From contig CAYSPU010000004.1 of NCBI GenBank assembly GCA_964432995.1, forward strand, positions 1-51,737: a stretch of DNA of 51,737 nt, written 5' to 3'. This document shows, one piece after another, positions 13,257 through 22,077 of the stretch; the stretch's first letter is position 1, and each line of letters begins with the position of its first letter. This DNA is from an uncultured Verrucomicrobiota bacterium. GTDB taxonomy: Bacteria > Verrucomicrobiota > Verrucomicrobiia > Limisphaerales > JAHDYP01. The notes below the pieces were generated by a model. That model ran no database searches and was not told the DNA's origin. It saw nothing but the letters and a program-made list of their open reading frames with translations. Made by a program: the position numbers and the translations under genes.

Positions 13257-13465
13257 GCGCGGACCATGGTTCATGCCATGCCCAATGGCAAGAAACGTGG
13301 CAGAGCCGGCGGGCGTAACTAGGCACTGTCCCCATTGCCGCGGGGCCGCTTGCGACACTGTGGGCGGCCAGCACCGTCCGGCCGCTTCCTGCGGGCAACG
13401 CTGTTGCCCGTCCGCCAGTTCGAGCGGGGGCATCTCCACGCCCTCAACCGCAAATCCTCCTCCGC

Positions 13466-13558
13466 GTTCAACGTTCGTCGTTCGATTGTTCGAATGTTCA
13501 GTGTTCGTCCCCGCGTTCCCTGTCCCCAGACGAACAATCGAACAGTGAACAATCGAAC
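13466..13558. repeat. long imperfect hairpin built from GAACA/TCGAAC-type short units
   Basis: Arms 13480-13509 and 13529-13558 pair over the outer 12 bp and the inner 7 bp, with a mismatched centre. Lies just downstream of the histidine kinase stop. Confidence 0.7.
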
Positions 13559-13592
13559 CCCTCAACCGTGAACCGCTGAACCTCCCGACCCC

Positions 13593-15368
13593 TCAGCGTC
13601 TCACCCCTGGCAGCCTCAACTCGAAACACGCCCCGTCCTTCACCGTCGGGTCAAGGCGCAGATCGCCGCCCAGGCTTCGGCTCAGCCGACGGCATAGAGC
13701 CAGCCCGAGCCCGACACCGGGCGCGCTCCGAGCCGCCTCGTCCGCGGACTTGCTGAAAGGCTGGAAGAGCCGGCGCCTGACGCCGGCGCCGATTCCCGGA
13801 CCGTGGTCGCGAACGCGGAGCACGGCGTAACCGTTCTGTGGCGACAGCGCTTCGAGGTGAATGGTCGGCTTTAAACTGGCGGCGCCGGCGTACTTGCAGG
13901 CGTTGTCCACCAGGTTGAACAGGATCTGCTCCACGGCGCCGGGATCGACCTGCACCACGGTGGTGGTGGCGTTGGGCTCGGCCTCCTCGACCAACTGCAG
14001 GCCGGCCTGGGCGGCGCGCTCCGCCAACCGCGGCCGCACGCGCTCCAACAAGTGATCCAGCGCGATCCGCTCGGCGCGGTGGTGGCGGTTCTCCCGTTCG
14101 AGGCGCGCGTAGGCGAGCACGTTCTCGACAAGGTGACTGAGTCGGTTGGCCTCGCGACAGAGGGTCGAGAGATACTGCTGGCGGGCAGCCACATCGGGCA
14201 CCATGCCGTCGGCCAGCATCTCGGAGTACATCTTGAAGGTCGTGAGTGGCGTGCGCATCTCGTGCGTCACGGCAGACACAAACGCGCCCCGGCGTTCGCT
14301 CAAGGAGACCGTGCCATGCAGCAGCACGGCGACCGAGAGGACCGCGACCAGGACGCAGGCCCACGCCAGTCCCAGAGTGACCCGCAGCGGCGTCCAACCA
14401 ACCGACCGCGTTGCCAAGGCAGCCGCGGGGACCAGTTGCACGGGCAGAGTGGCCAGCATGCGGTCATGCGGCTTCGGTGCCGAGCGGCGAACCGGGAGCA
14501 GCTCCGCGGAAACGAAGAGGTCACGAATCGAGGCGAGCAGGGACGCGCGGAGGTTGCTCCAATTCAGCCAGACCCCCTGGACCACGGGCACGCCCCGAGA
14601 CTGCGCGCTCCGCGCGAGGAACAGGTCGTCGCCCAGCCAGATCGGACGGAACACACCTCCCGTGCCGTTGACCTCCGCCGTCACCGCGAAACGCTGGGCG
14701 TTCAGACTGAAGTTGTCAGCGGCGGTCTGCTGGGCCTGCTGGGAGAGGTTGACGCGCTGGCCGAATTCCAGCGTGTTGCGCAGCCACTGGGCATCGTCGG
14801 TGTCACGGCCGGGCACCGCCGCCTGCGTCGGGGGAACGGACGGCGTCGGTTCGACGGTCCCCGCGGTCACGCTTTCCTGAACCAGGAGACGGCGGTTGTC
14901 GTAGGCCCACGGCTTGCCGGCCGCCGGGGTCACCGCTTGATCCAGGATCCGACGCAGCTCCGTCAGTCGATCGGTGTCTCCGCCCCCATTCTGAGGCGAC
15001 GTGAGCCTGCCGTCCGTCGCGAGCTGGAAGCGCAACAGCACGTTGGTCGCGCCCGAGGTCGTCGGTGGGTTCGGAACGGGGTCGGGCGACGGCGGTCGAG
15101 GCTCAGTGCCTTTGGCGGCGGCACCCTTCGAGCCCACTCCTTCATAGGACGAACCTGGCTGGGCGCTTTCCTCGATGAGGATGGCGGTCAAAGCGGTGTC
15201 CATTCGCCAGAGAGCGAGCCGCACGCGTTCCTCCAGGTCGGCGCGCCGATTGGCGGCCTGTTGCGCCCGCTCGAGCAGAAGCACGGCGCGACTGACCCAG
15301 CCCATGGCAACCAGAAGCAGGCCGGCGCACAACGCGAACACACACCAGACTCGCCACGGGCGGCTCAT
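13593..15368 (-). CDS. sensor histidine kinase (two TM segments, large periplasmic domain, HisKA + HATPase_c)
   Basis: H-box SAVTHEMRTPLTT, N-box NLVDNACKYA, G-boxes DHGPGI and GVGLGLALCRRL. 4-nt ATGA overlap with the upstream response regulator. Confidence 0.9.
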   Translation of the reverse strand: MSRPWRVWCVFALCAGLLLVAMGWVSRAVLLLERAQQAANRRADLEERVRLALWRMDTALTAILIEESAQPGSSYEGVGSKGAAAKGTEPRPPSPDPVPNPPTTSGATNVLLRFQLATDGRLTSPQNGGGDTDRLTELRRILDQAVTPAAGKPWAYDNRRLLVQESVTAGTVEPTPSVPPTQAAVPGRDTDDAQWLRNTLEFGQRVNLSQQAQQTAADNFSLNAQRFAVTAEVNGTGGVFRPIWLGDDLFLARSAQSRGVPVVQGVWLNWSNLRASLLASIRDLFVSAELLPVRRSAPKPHDRMLATLPVQLVPAAALATRSVGWTPLRVTLGLAWACVLVAVLSVAVLLHGTVSLSERRGAFVSAVTHEMRTPLTTFKMYSEMLADGMVPDVAARQQYLSTLCREANRLSHLVENVLAYARLERENRHHRAERIALDHLLERVRPRLAERAAQAGLQLVEEAEPNATTTVVQVDPGAVEQILFNLVDNACKYAGAASLKPTIHLEALSPQNGYAVLRVRDHGPGIGAGVRRRLFQPFSKSADEAARSAPGVGLGLALCRRLSRSLGGDLRLDPTVKDGACFELRLPGVRR

Positions 15369-16072
15369 GATGCAGCCCCCGAACCCGCGATCATGTAGCC
15401 TTTGCCGCGAACGGTCAGGAGCACGCGCGGGTCCGCGGCGGGATCGCGCAGTTTCTCCCGCAGATTGGCCACGTGCATGTCAATCGTCCGCGTCTCCAGC
15501 CCCTTCGGGTCCAGGCGCCAGACGCGCTGCAGGATTTCCTCCCGCGAGATGGCGCGGCCCGGGTTGACCGCCAAATACCGCAGCAGTTCGACTTCCCGGG
15601 AAGAGAGTTCGACCCGACTCCCATCCTCGAAGCGCGCCTCCGACCGCGCCAGGTCAACTACTCCCCCGGCGAGCCGAATCTTCTGCACATCGTTCGGCCG
15701 CTCGGGCGACCGCCGGAGGACAGCCTCGACGCGGGCGAGCAGCTCGCGCACGCTGAAGGGCTTCACCACATAATCGTCCGCGCCCAGACGGAGCCCCTTC
15801 ACCCGGTCGCTTTCGTCGCCGCGGGCCGTCAGAACGATGACCGGAAGCGTGGGACGATGGGTATGAACCGCCTGGAGGATTTCGAAGCCGCTGGGCCCGG
15901 GCAGGACGAGGTCCAACAGCAGCAAGTCGAAGGTGGCCCGGGCTGCGGCGGTCAGGCCTTCCGTGCCGGTGGCGGCCTCGAGCACCTCGTAGCCGGCGAA
16001 CTGCAACGCATCCGCCAACCCCCGCCGAATCGCGGCGTCGTCTTCAACGACCAAGACCCGTTTCCGCTGCAT
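15365..16072 (-). CDS. OmpR/PhoB-family response regulator
   Basis: Receiver domain (VLVVEDD..., LLLLDLVLPG, KPF) plus winged-helix output domain (LSSREVELLRYL, TIDMHVANLREKL, VRGKGY). Confidence 0.9.
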   Translation of the reverse strand: MQRKRVLVVEDDAAIRRGLADALQFAGYEVLEAATGTEGLTAAARATFDLLLLDLVLPGPSGFEILQAVHTHRPTLPVIVLTARGDESDRVKGLRLGADDYVVKPFSVRELLARVEAVLRRSPERPNDVQKIRLAGGVVDLARSEARFEDGSRVELSSREVELLRYLAVNPGRAISREEILQRVWRLDPKGLETRTIDMHVANLREKLRDPAADPRVLLTVRGKGYMIAGSGAAS

Positions 16073-16147
16073 GGTTCGATTATTCCTTCATTTGGCCAGG
16101 CGCGTGAAGCGCATTTCAGGGCTGCCAGCCTTCGCCCTCACCTCAAC

Positions 16148-16171
16148 CCTTTCCCGTCGGACGGGAGAAGG
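16148..16171. repeat. CCCTCTCCC/GGGAGAGGG-class hairpin (variant cctttcccgtcggacgggagaagg)
   Basis: Read directly. Lies in the gap between the DUF4139-like gene and the response regulator gene. Confidence 0.5.
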
Positions 16172-16526
16172 CCGGGATGAGGGATCGCTGGCTTCCTGTT
16201 GAGGGAGAAGTGCGCAGCAACTTGCGTGGCTGGTTTCTGGGTTACCTCTCTGCATGGTTCTCTCCCCCCTCACTCACAGCGGCGCCGCAGCGCTTTCCCT
16301 TTCCATGAGGATTTCCATGGGCTGTTTCCTGGGCAATCCGAGCTGCGAGATCCAAACTCCGAGCTCTGGTTCACACGAAGGGGAGCGCACGCGTCCCGCG
16401 CGCTCCCTCCGGCGTCCCGCCGGAAGGAATCGCGAACCTCCGCCGCACCCGGCGAGACGCCGGGCGGAGCAGGCGAGACACCCGCGTTCCCCAGCCGACC
16501 GATGCAGCCTCGGTTCACGGGAAGCC

Positions 16527-18299
16527 TCATCGCCAGAAGTAATGCCACGCGTAGCCCAGCTCGATGCCCTGGCCCGCCTCCAGGCTGCAGGTCCAGTCGA
16601 TGCGTCCCACGCCGTTGACCTGGTGCCACCAATACGGCCAGTGGAACCAATACCACCAAGGGCCGGGAAACTCGTAGTCCCCGACCGGCAAATGATCGCG
16701 GCTCTCGAACACGTTGCTCATGGTGGCGCGGCCGTCATGGTCGACGGTGTCCACATGCCCCAAAACATGGCGGGCGACTTCGACGCGCACCGCCTGGGTC
16801 CGGCGGTTGATGAGTCGGATGGTGCCGCTCAGGTCCACACGCAGGTAGTTGTCGCCATTGTGGTGCAGCACGTTGGGAGAGCGCTTGATCTCCCGGTCGG
16901 CTTTCTTCACCTGGATGTCGACGGCGGTGGTGAGGGCGAGGTCGGTGCTGGCGCCAACGGCGGCGTAGGTCATCAACCCCTGGGCAATCACGCGGCCCTC
17001 GCGCAGCACGAGCGCGGGCGCCGTGGTGAATGGGTAAGCGCTCCGGTTTTGCAGCCGCGCCTTGTGCATCACTTTCGGCCCGCCGAACAACCGGGCCAGC
17101 TCCGCCTGCTGGTCCGTATTCAGGTTGCGCGCCAGCTCCGGCGGCGGCGCAAACGGCAGATCCAGCACAAAGACGTCCTCGTAGCCCACGGAATACTCGG
17201 CCACCGGCAGGATCATCCGCTCCCCCTTCCGGAGCGTGATGTTCCGCAGCGTGAACACAAAAAGGTCTTCATTCCTTGTTCCTTCCGGCAAGTCCGGCCC
17301 GCCGCCGCCCGTTCCGCCTCCATCCTCCGCGGCATAGTCGCCCATCCGGGCAACCTGCTGCGTCATGAGGCTGTTGGAGAAGTTGCTGGTCAAAAGCCCC
17401 GGGCGCCCCGGCTGCGCCGCTCGGCTGTGGAAGTACGACGAGAGTTGCGCCACCGCCTCCTGCAACGCCATCGGGTCCAACGTCTCCTTGAAGTAGAAGC
17501 TCGGAACGCCAATGACCAGGTGGACGGTCGCGCCCTCGAGATCGACAAGCTCGTTCAACAAGGTCGCCTGCAGTTTCACTTGGGCGCGGCCTTGTCCATC
17601 CAGCTCCACCCGGTAACTCGGGATCCAGCGCAGCCCGCGCTGCACATACATCAGCCCCACATTGGCGGTGGCCGCCGCCCCGCCGGCCGCGCCCTCCAGC
17701 TTCAGCGCCAGCGACGGCCGGAATTCCTCAGCCTCGGACTTGGCCTCGGGCGACTCTGTGAACGTGACATCCTGGATGCACCCGACTTCGAGCGCCTTGA
17801 CGCCGTCGGCCGTCTTCAGCAGCACCAGGCTTCCCTTTTGCGCCAGCCTCTCGGGACTGTCACTGGGACTCGTGGCCGCCAGTTCCTCCGGACTGCGAGC
17901 CGGGAACCCGACGATCGTCGCCGGATAGCGCAACCCGTTGGTCTCGGCGACGGACGCCTCGGCGCCGACGTTCGCCTCGAGCAGTTCGCGCAAGGTCAAG
18001 GCCGTGCGCCGCACCGCCGTGCGCTGCCGCCGGGCCGTCACCGAAACCAGCTTCGTTTCGGGATCCGCCGAATAGGCCCAGAAGGTGCCGATCACCGCCG
18101 CCGGCAGGCGATCCAGGACGACCTCGCCATCCCCGTTGACGGGCATTTGGCCTTCGTGCACCACGTAGGCGTGGCCATCTTTGAACACGGTGACTTCCCT
18201 CACGGGGAGCCGCGATGCGGTGCCCGCTTCGGCTGATGCGGCCGTCAGACCGGAGGCGGTGACGATGAGGACCAGGGCAAGCCAGAGGTAGTTCTTCAT
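16527..18299 (-). CDS. secreted hypothetical protein, DUF4139/DUF4140-like (MuiA-like), Trp-rich C-terminus
   Basis: Signal peptide MKNYLWLALVLIVTASGLTAASAEA. The N-terminal VREVTVFKDGHAYVVHEG..VVLDRLPAAV pattern and the central LRWIPSYRVEL..ATLLNEL pattern resemble DUF4140/DUF4139. C-terminal PWWYWFHWPYWWHQ. The family call is by eye only. Confidence 0.55.
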   Translation of the reverse strand: MKNYLWLALVLIVTASGLTAASAEAGTASRLPVREVTVFKDGHAYVVHEGQMPVNGDGEVVLDRLPAAVIGTFWAYSADPETKLVSVTARRQRTAVRRTALTLRELLEANVGAEASVAETNGLRYPATIVGFPARSPEELAATSPSDSPERLAQKGSLVLLKTADGVKALEVGCIQDVTFTESPEAKSEAEEFRPSLALKLEGAAGGAAATANVGLMYVQRGLRWIPSYRVELDGQGRAQVKLQATLLNELVDLEGATVHLVIGVPSFYFKETLDPMALQEAVAQLSSYFHSRAAQPGRPGLLTSNFSNSLMTQQVARMGDYAAEDGGGTGGGGPDLPEGTRNEDLFVFTLRNITLRKGERMILPVAEYSVGYEDVFVLDLPFAPPPELARNLNTDQQAELARLFGGPKVMHKARLQNRSAYPFTTAPALVLREGRVIAQGLMTYAAVGASTDLALTTAVDIQVKKADREIKRSPNVLHHNGDNYLRVDLSGTIRLINRRTQAVRVEVARHVLGHVDTVDHDGRATMSNVFESRDHLPVGDYEFPGPWWYWFHWPYWWHQVNGVGRIDWTCSLEAGQGIELGYAWHYFWR

Positions 18300-18398
18300 A
18301 TTCCGGAGAACCCTACCGGAACCAGAAGGACCGTGTGTAAACAGCGGGTAAAGAGCCGCCAGTCGGGTGGTAAGTGTGATCCAAGATCCCAGGCCCCG

Positions 18399-19124
18399 TC
18401 ACGAAGGAGCAGACTCCTGCCCGGCACGCGATCGATCCCGGGCAAGCGAGATCTCGAGGACGTTGCGTTGAGCGACGAAGAAGTCCCGCATCTCCTCGAG
18501 GGTGGGAGAACGGGGCAGGAGGTGTGCGTAACCTTCGTCGTCGGCCTGTCGGACGCCGCTGCAGAGTCGACTCATCCCGATCTCCCATTGTGCGTCAACG
18601 CCCGCCTCCGCAAACGCCGCGTGGTAGTCGCGGATGCTGAAGCCGTGGTTGCGCAGCAGCAGGTAGAGGTCCAGCCAATCCCGTGACTTGGAGCGTAGCG
18701 CGGAGACCAGGCACTTGGTCTTGAACAACTCGGGGAGGCTCGCGATGCGAACACGGTCTTCGGCCGGCCCGGCGAGGATTCGGCGGAAGGGCGGTTCCGG
18801 TGAGAAGAACGACACTTTGACGGTGCCGTTGGCAAGGTAGTTCTGCTGGTAATCGCCCAACTCCAGGCCGGCTTCCAGGAATTGGCTTGCCGCGGCCTCA
18901 TCCTGGCTCAGTGCCAGCCGAATGCCCTGCCCGGGCGCGATGCGGACCAGCGCTTCGATTCGGCCGCGTGGCAACTGCTCCGCCGGGAAGGCCAAATCAA
19001 AATCGTCGCTGCGTCGATGCCGGAGGCGCAGCGCGAGGCCGGTGCCGCCGACGAGAACGAAGCCCGCCAGCGCCGGTTGTCGCGACAGGAACTCCCACAC
19101 GCGGCTAGCTTCGGGGGAGAGCAT
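18399..19124 (-). CDS. nucleotidyltransferase AbiEii/AbiGii toxin-family protein (short form)
   Basis: The N-terminal FVLVGGTGLALRLRHRRSDDFDLAF matches the GGT-x-L...R-x-S-x-D-x-D nucleotidyltransferase motif of PF08843-type proteins. 241 aa. Confidence 0.65.
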   Translation of the reverse strand: MLSPEASRVWEFLSRQPALAGFVLVGGTGLALRLRHRRSDDFDLAFPAEQLPRGRIEALVRIAPGQGIRLALSQDEAAASQFLEAGLELGDYQQNYLANGTVKVSFFSPEPPFRRILAGPAEDRVRIASLPELFKTKCLVSALRSKSRDWLDLYLLLRNHGFSIRDYHAAFAEAGVDAQWEIGMSRLCSGVRQADDEGYAHLLPRSPTLEEMRDFFVAQRNVLEISLARDRSRAGQESAPS

Positions 19125-19383
19125 GAGAGAGACCGATCGCCACGTTGCGAAGAATGCGCTCTACACTTGGTCCTGCCCGTTGGGTGCCCGGGGTTTCGTC
19201 CGCAAGCAGGACCTGCCACTCCTGACGGAGACGCGCCACGCCAAACTGGACCGCGATGTCCAGGAGTTGGCCGAAGCGCGGCCGGAGCAGCGCTGCCCGG
19301 ATGCGGATCGAGTCGCCGGCAGTCGGGTTGGACCAGACCAGTCCGGGATGCCGACTCCAGAAGCTGTCGCCGAACGCGTCCAT
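19105..19383 (-). CDS. hypothetical 92-aa protein, candidate cognate antitoxin/partner of the AbiEii-like gene
   Basis: Same strand as, and overlapping by 20 nt, the start of the AbiEii-like gene. The composition is not junk-like (FGQLLDIAVQFGVARLRQEWQVLL, VERILRNVAIG). No family recognised. Confidence 0.4.
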   Translation of the reverse strand: MDAFGDSFWSRHPGLVWSNPTAGDSIRIRAALLRPRFGQLLDIAVQFGVARLRQEWQVLLADETPGTQRAGPSVERILRNVAIGLSHALPRS

Positions 19384-19465
19384 GGCAACAGATTACTTTG
19401 GGCTTCTGCGCACTGCAACCCTTGCCGCAACGCCGCGCCGAGGTCGGGGCTCGCCTCAGCAGTGG

Positions 19466-21688
19466 CTACCGTTCGATCAAGTAATAGAGCGCATCCGGCC
19501 GCAGCCGGATCTCCTGGGCCGTGCCGTGGCGCCCGGCCGGATATCCGTTGAAGTCCAGGGCGGTCACCTTGCACTGGGCGGCATCCGGCCGTTTCAGCCG
19601 CACCGTTCCCTCGATCGCCTTGACCTGCCACGGATTCGCGCCGATCGCCACAATCCGCAGCGCGTTCGTCGAGGTCGGTTCGGTCTGGAACCCGGTTCCC
19701 TTCTCTTCCGACATGGCCTGCAGCAAGATCCGGCGCGCTCGCGACAGCGGTTGCTCGTCCAAGGCCACGGCTGCGATGTGACCAAGATCGAGGCCGGACT
19801 CGATCTCGATATCGGCCAGAGCGATGCGCCCGGCAGCCTGCAAGTTGCCGCTGGCCCCCTGGAACTGCGGGGCGTTGCAGCGGAGCACGCCGCGCCCGTA
19901 GTCCAACTCGAGTTCCCCGGTCGTGCTCTTCACCGTCTGAGCGCCGCGATTCACGTAGGGCTGCAGGTCGCGCGCGGACACCGATCCCGGCTGGTCGGTG
20001 AACCGGACCATGGCCCGTCCGGCGTAATGCAGGAGCGGATCGAGCCGCTGACCGGGCTTCACCGCGCTCCCGCCGGGAACGTCCTTCAGCCGAAGCTCGT
20101 CGAAGGCGGCATCCTGGGGCAGGGGCGTTCCCTGCAGCCGGACCAGATCTCCGCGGTTCAGGTTCACTTCGGCCAGCACCTGGCCGGCCTTGACGAGACC
20201 GCGGCGATAGACCAACGCCGCCCCCGGGAACTGCCCCGCCATCGCCGGCGTCATCAGGGTCCAGGGCTGCATCCAGAAGCCCGGTTTCACCGACCAACCC
20301 GCGCCATCGAGGGCGAAATGCACCACGGCGTCCCCGCCTTGCAGCGCCCCGTAAACCGCATAATACAGCGGCGCCTCGGAACGATACCGGTTCGGCCGGT
20401 TGAAGGTCGTCTCCGAGATCATCGACGGCCGCCCGTCGTACTCGGGGTCCATGACTGGATGCACAAACTGCTTGGGCTTCGACGCGTCCTCGGCGTCGAA
20501 CCGCAGGGCGCTCCGGTCGCGGAACGTGTGGCCGGCCCGGATCGACCATTCGGCGTCCTGGCCCTTGTGGTTGCAGCCGAAATAGCCGTGTCGATCGAGA
20601 AAGTCGCCGGTTGTGTAGCTGAGCTTCTCGAGCGGTCCCAACACCTCGGGACTCGCCGTCGACCAGTTGCTCGCCGTGATCAAACCGCGAAAGCCCAACT
20701 GCCGCAGAAAGCGAATGGACTCCGCGTAAAACCGGGTCTGCACCTCGAGCAGGAACGCGGCGGTATCCTGATCGCGTGCCGATTTCTCGGTGAAGATGTT
20801 CCAGAGCGGGCGGAACCCAACGCGACCTTCGGCGGGCGCGTCCCGTCTGACTTTCTGCCCGTTCCATTTCCCGAACGCGGCATCGAGCGAACCATATCGT
20901 CGGACCAGCCAGTCCCCGAACTGCCGCTCAAGTCGCCGCCATTGGGCATCGGGGAGGCGGTTCTCGGCAAAGGTCCAGAAGAAGAACGAGTCTTCGTTCT
21001 GAAGTTCGACACCGAAGACGGCCGGCTCTTCAAGCAGCGTGCGGCCAGTGGCCGGGTCGGGAGTGGTGAGCAGCGCTTTCCACCAGGAGCGGTACTTTTC
21101 CTGGAACCGTTCGTGGAAGAACAGCGCGGCGAATGGATGCTGCTTCCCGTCATACCCCTCGAGCCAGGGATGGTCCGCCCGCGGCGAGAACCAGAGCGGA
21201 AAGTAGATCGAGAAGTGGGCGTAGATCCCTTCGGCCTTCATTGCCGCCACGACCGCCTGCGCCCGACGCACGGCTTCCGGGTCGGGCTCGCCGTCGCGAT
21301 CGAACATCCTCCCGTGCAGGCGCACCAGGTTCACCCCGCGCTTGGCCAATGTCCGGGCGCAGCGCTTGAGTTCCTCCCCCTCGAGACCGTGCGGCGGGCC
21401 GTTCACACCCCAGAACCGCACCGGAACGCCCGTCGTGCCATGAACAAACTGTCCGTCCTTCGCCTGGATGAAGCCGTGTTCGCCCGCGAACTTCTCGTTC
21501 AGGAACCGCAAGTCCAGCGGGCTCTTGCTGAAGGGGTCCGGCCCCGGTGCAAACGCGAACCAACCTGCCTCCGCCCGGCCCACTGGCGGCGAGGCGGCAA
21601 AGGCCTCGCCCGCCATCGAGAGTGCCGCCAGCGCCCCCACGCACAGCAACCATCCAGCTTGCGTGCGGAGTGCCGACCAGACGCTCAC
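19466..21688 (-). CDS. secreted glycoside hydrolase, clan GH-A TIM barrel (GH5-like)
   Basis: ORF 19466..22342 trimmed to GTG 21688 (VSVWSALRTQAGWLLCVGALAALSMAGEAFA signal peptide). Candidate acid/base VELQNEDSF and nucleophile MISETTF. Alternative starts are ATG 21892 and ATG 21616. The upstream ORF part covers repeat elements. Confidence 0.7.
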   Translation of the reverse strand: MSVWSALRTQAGWLLCVGALAALSMAGEAFAASPPVGRAEAGWFAFAPGPDPFSKSPLDLRFLNEKFAGEHGFIQAKDGQFVHGTTGVPVRFWGVNGPPHGLEGEELKRCARTLAKRGVNLVRLHGRMFDRDGEPDPEAVRRAQAVVAAMKAEGIYAHFSIYFPLWFSPRADHPWLEGYDGKQHPFAALFFHERFQEKYRSWWKALLTTPDPATGRTLLEEPAVFGVELQNEDSFFFWTFAENRLPDAQWRRLERQFGDWLVRRYGSLDAAFGKWNGQKVRRDAPAEGRVGFRPLWNIFTEKSARDQDTAAFLLEVQTRFYAESIRFLRQLGFRGLITASNWSTASPEVLGPLEKLSYTTGDFLDRHGYFGCNHKGQDAEWSIRAGHTFRDRSALRFDAEDASKPKQFVHPVMDPEYDGRPSMISETTFNRPNRYRSEAPLYYAVYGALQGGDAVVHFALDGAGWSVKPGFWMQPWTLMTPAMAGQFPGAALVYRRGLVKAGQVLAEVNLNRGDLVRLQGTPLPQDAAFDELRLKDVPGGSAVKPGQRLDPLLHYAGRAMVRFTDQPGSVSARDLQPYVNRGAQTVKSTTGELELDYGRGVLRCNAPQFQGASGNLQAAGRIALADIEIESGLDLGHIAAVALDEQPLSRARRILLQAMSEEKGTGFQTEPTSTNALRIVAIGANPWQVKAIEGTVRLKRPDAAQCKVTALDFNGYPAGRHGTAQEIRLRPDALYYLIER

Positions 21689-21706
21689 CCCCGCAGTGCG
21701 GGGGCA

Positions 21707-21731
21707 CCCTCTCCCATCGGATGGGAGAGGG
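21707..21731. repeat. CCCTCTCCC-loop-GGGAGAGGG hairpin
   Basis: ccctctcccatcggatgggagaggg: 9-bp perfect stem. Lies just upstream of the proposed GTG start of the GH-A gene. Confidence 0.8.
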
Positions 21732-21928
21732 CGGGCGGTGAGCACCAGCACCCGCCGAAGCCATTCGTGCACTACGCCCCGGAACAGGCGGGCAGGGACG
21801 CGCGGTCCCGCGCTTCCAGGCCACCGCGTTTGGCCCACGAAAACCTTTGGACGCCCGAGGCCGGGCGTCCCTACCTCAAACGGGCGGTGCATGGAGAGCC
21901 TCCACTTGCCGCCGCACGCGCCCGGGGG

Positions 21929-22002
21929 CCATGAACCCGACACTGCAACCTTTTGTTGCACCTGCGACAAAAGGTTGCACGTCCCGCGGCCAAAGTTCAT
22001 GG
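21929..22002. repeat. small palindromic element: CCATGAAC ... TGCAACCTTTTGT-N10-ACAAAAGGTTGCA ... GTTCATGG
   Basis: 13-bp perfect arms at 21944-21956 and 21967-21979. 8-bp inverted termini at 21929-21936 and 21995-22002. Lies between the DUF2961 stop and the GH-A start. Confidence 0.85.
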
Positions 22003-22077
22003 AGAGGGGGCACGACGCATGGCGCGGCGACGTGGAGTACGGCAAAGCCCCCATTCCTGACCGCTTCTCGATCTTCA

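Noticed and set aside
19256-21934. 892-aa + strand ORF.
   Set aside because: Antisense shadow of the GH-A hydrolase gene, with Arg/Pro/Gly-rich sequence and no recognisable domain.
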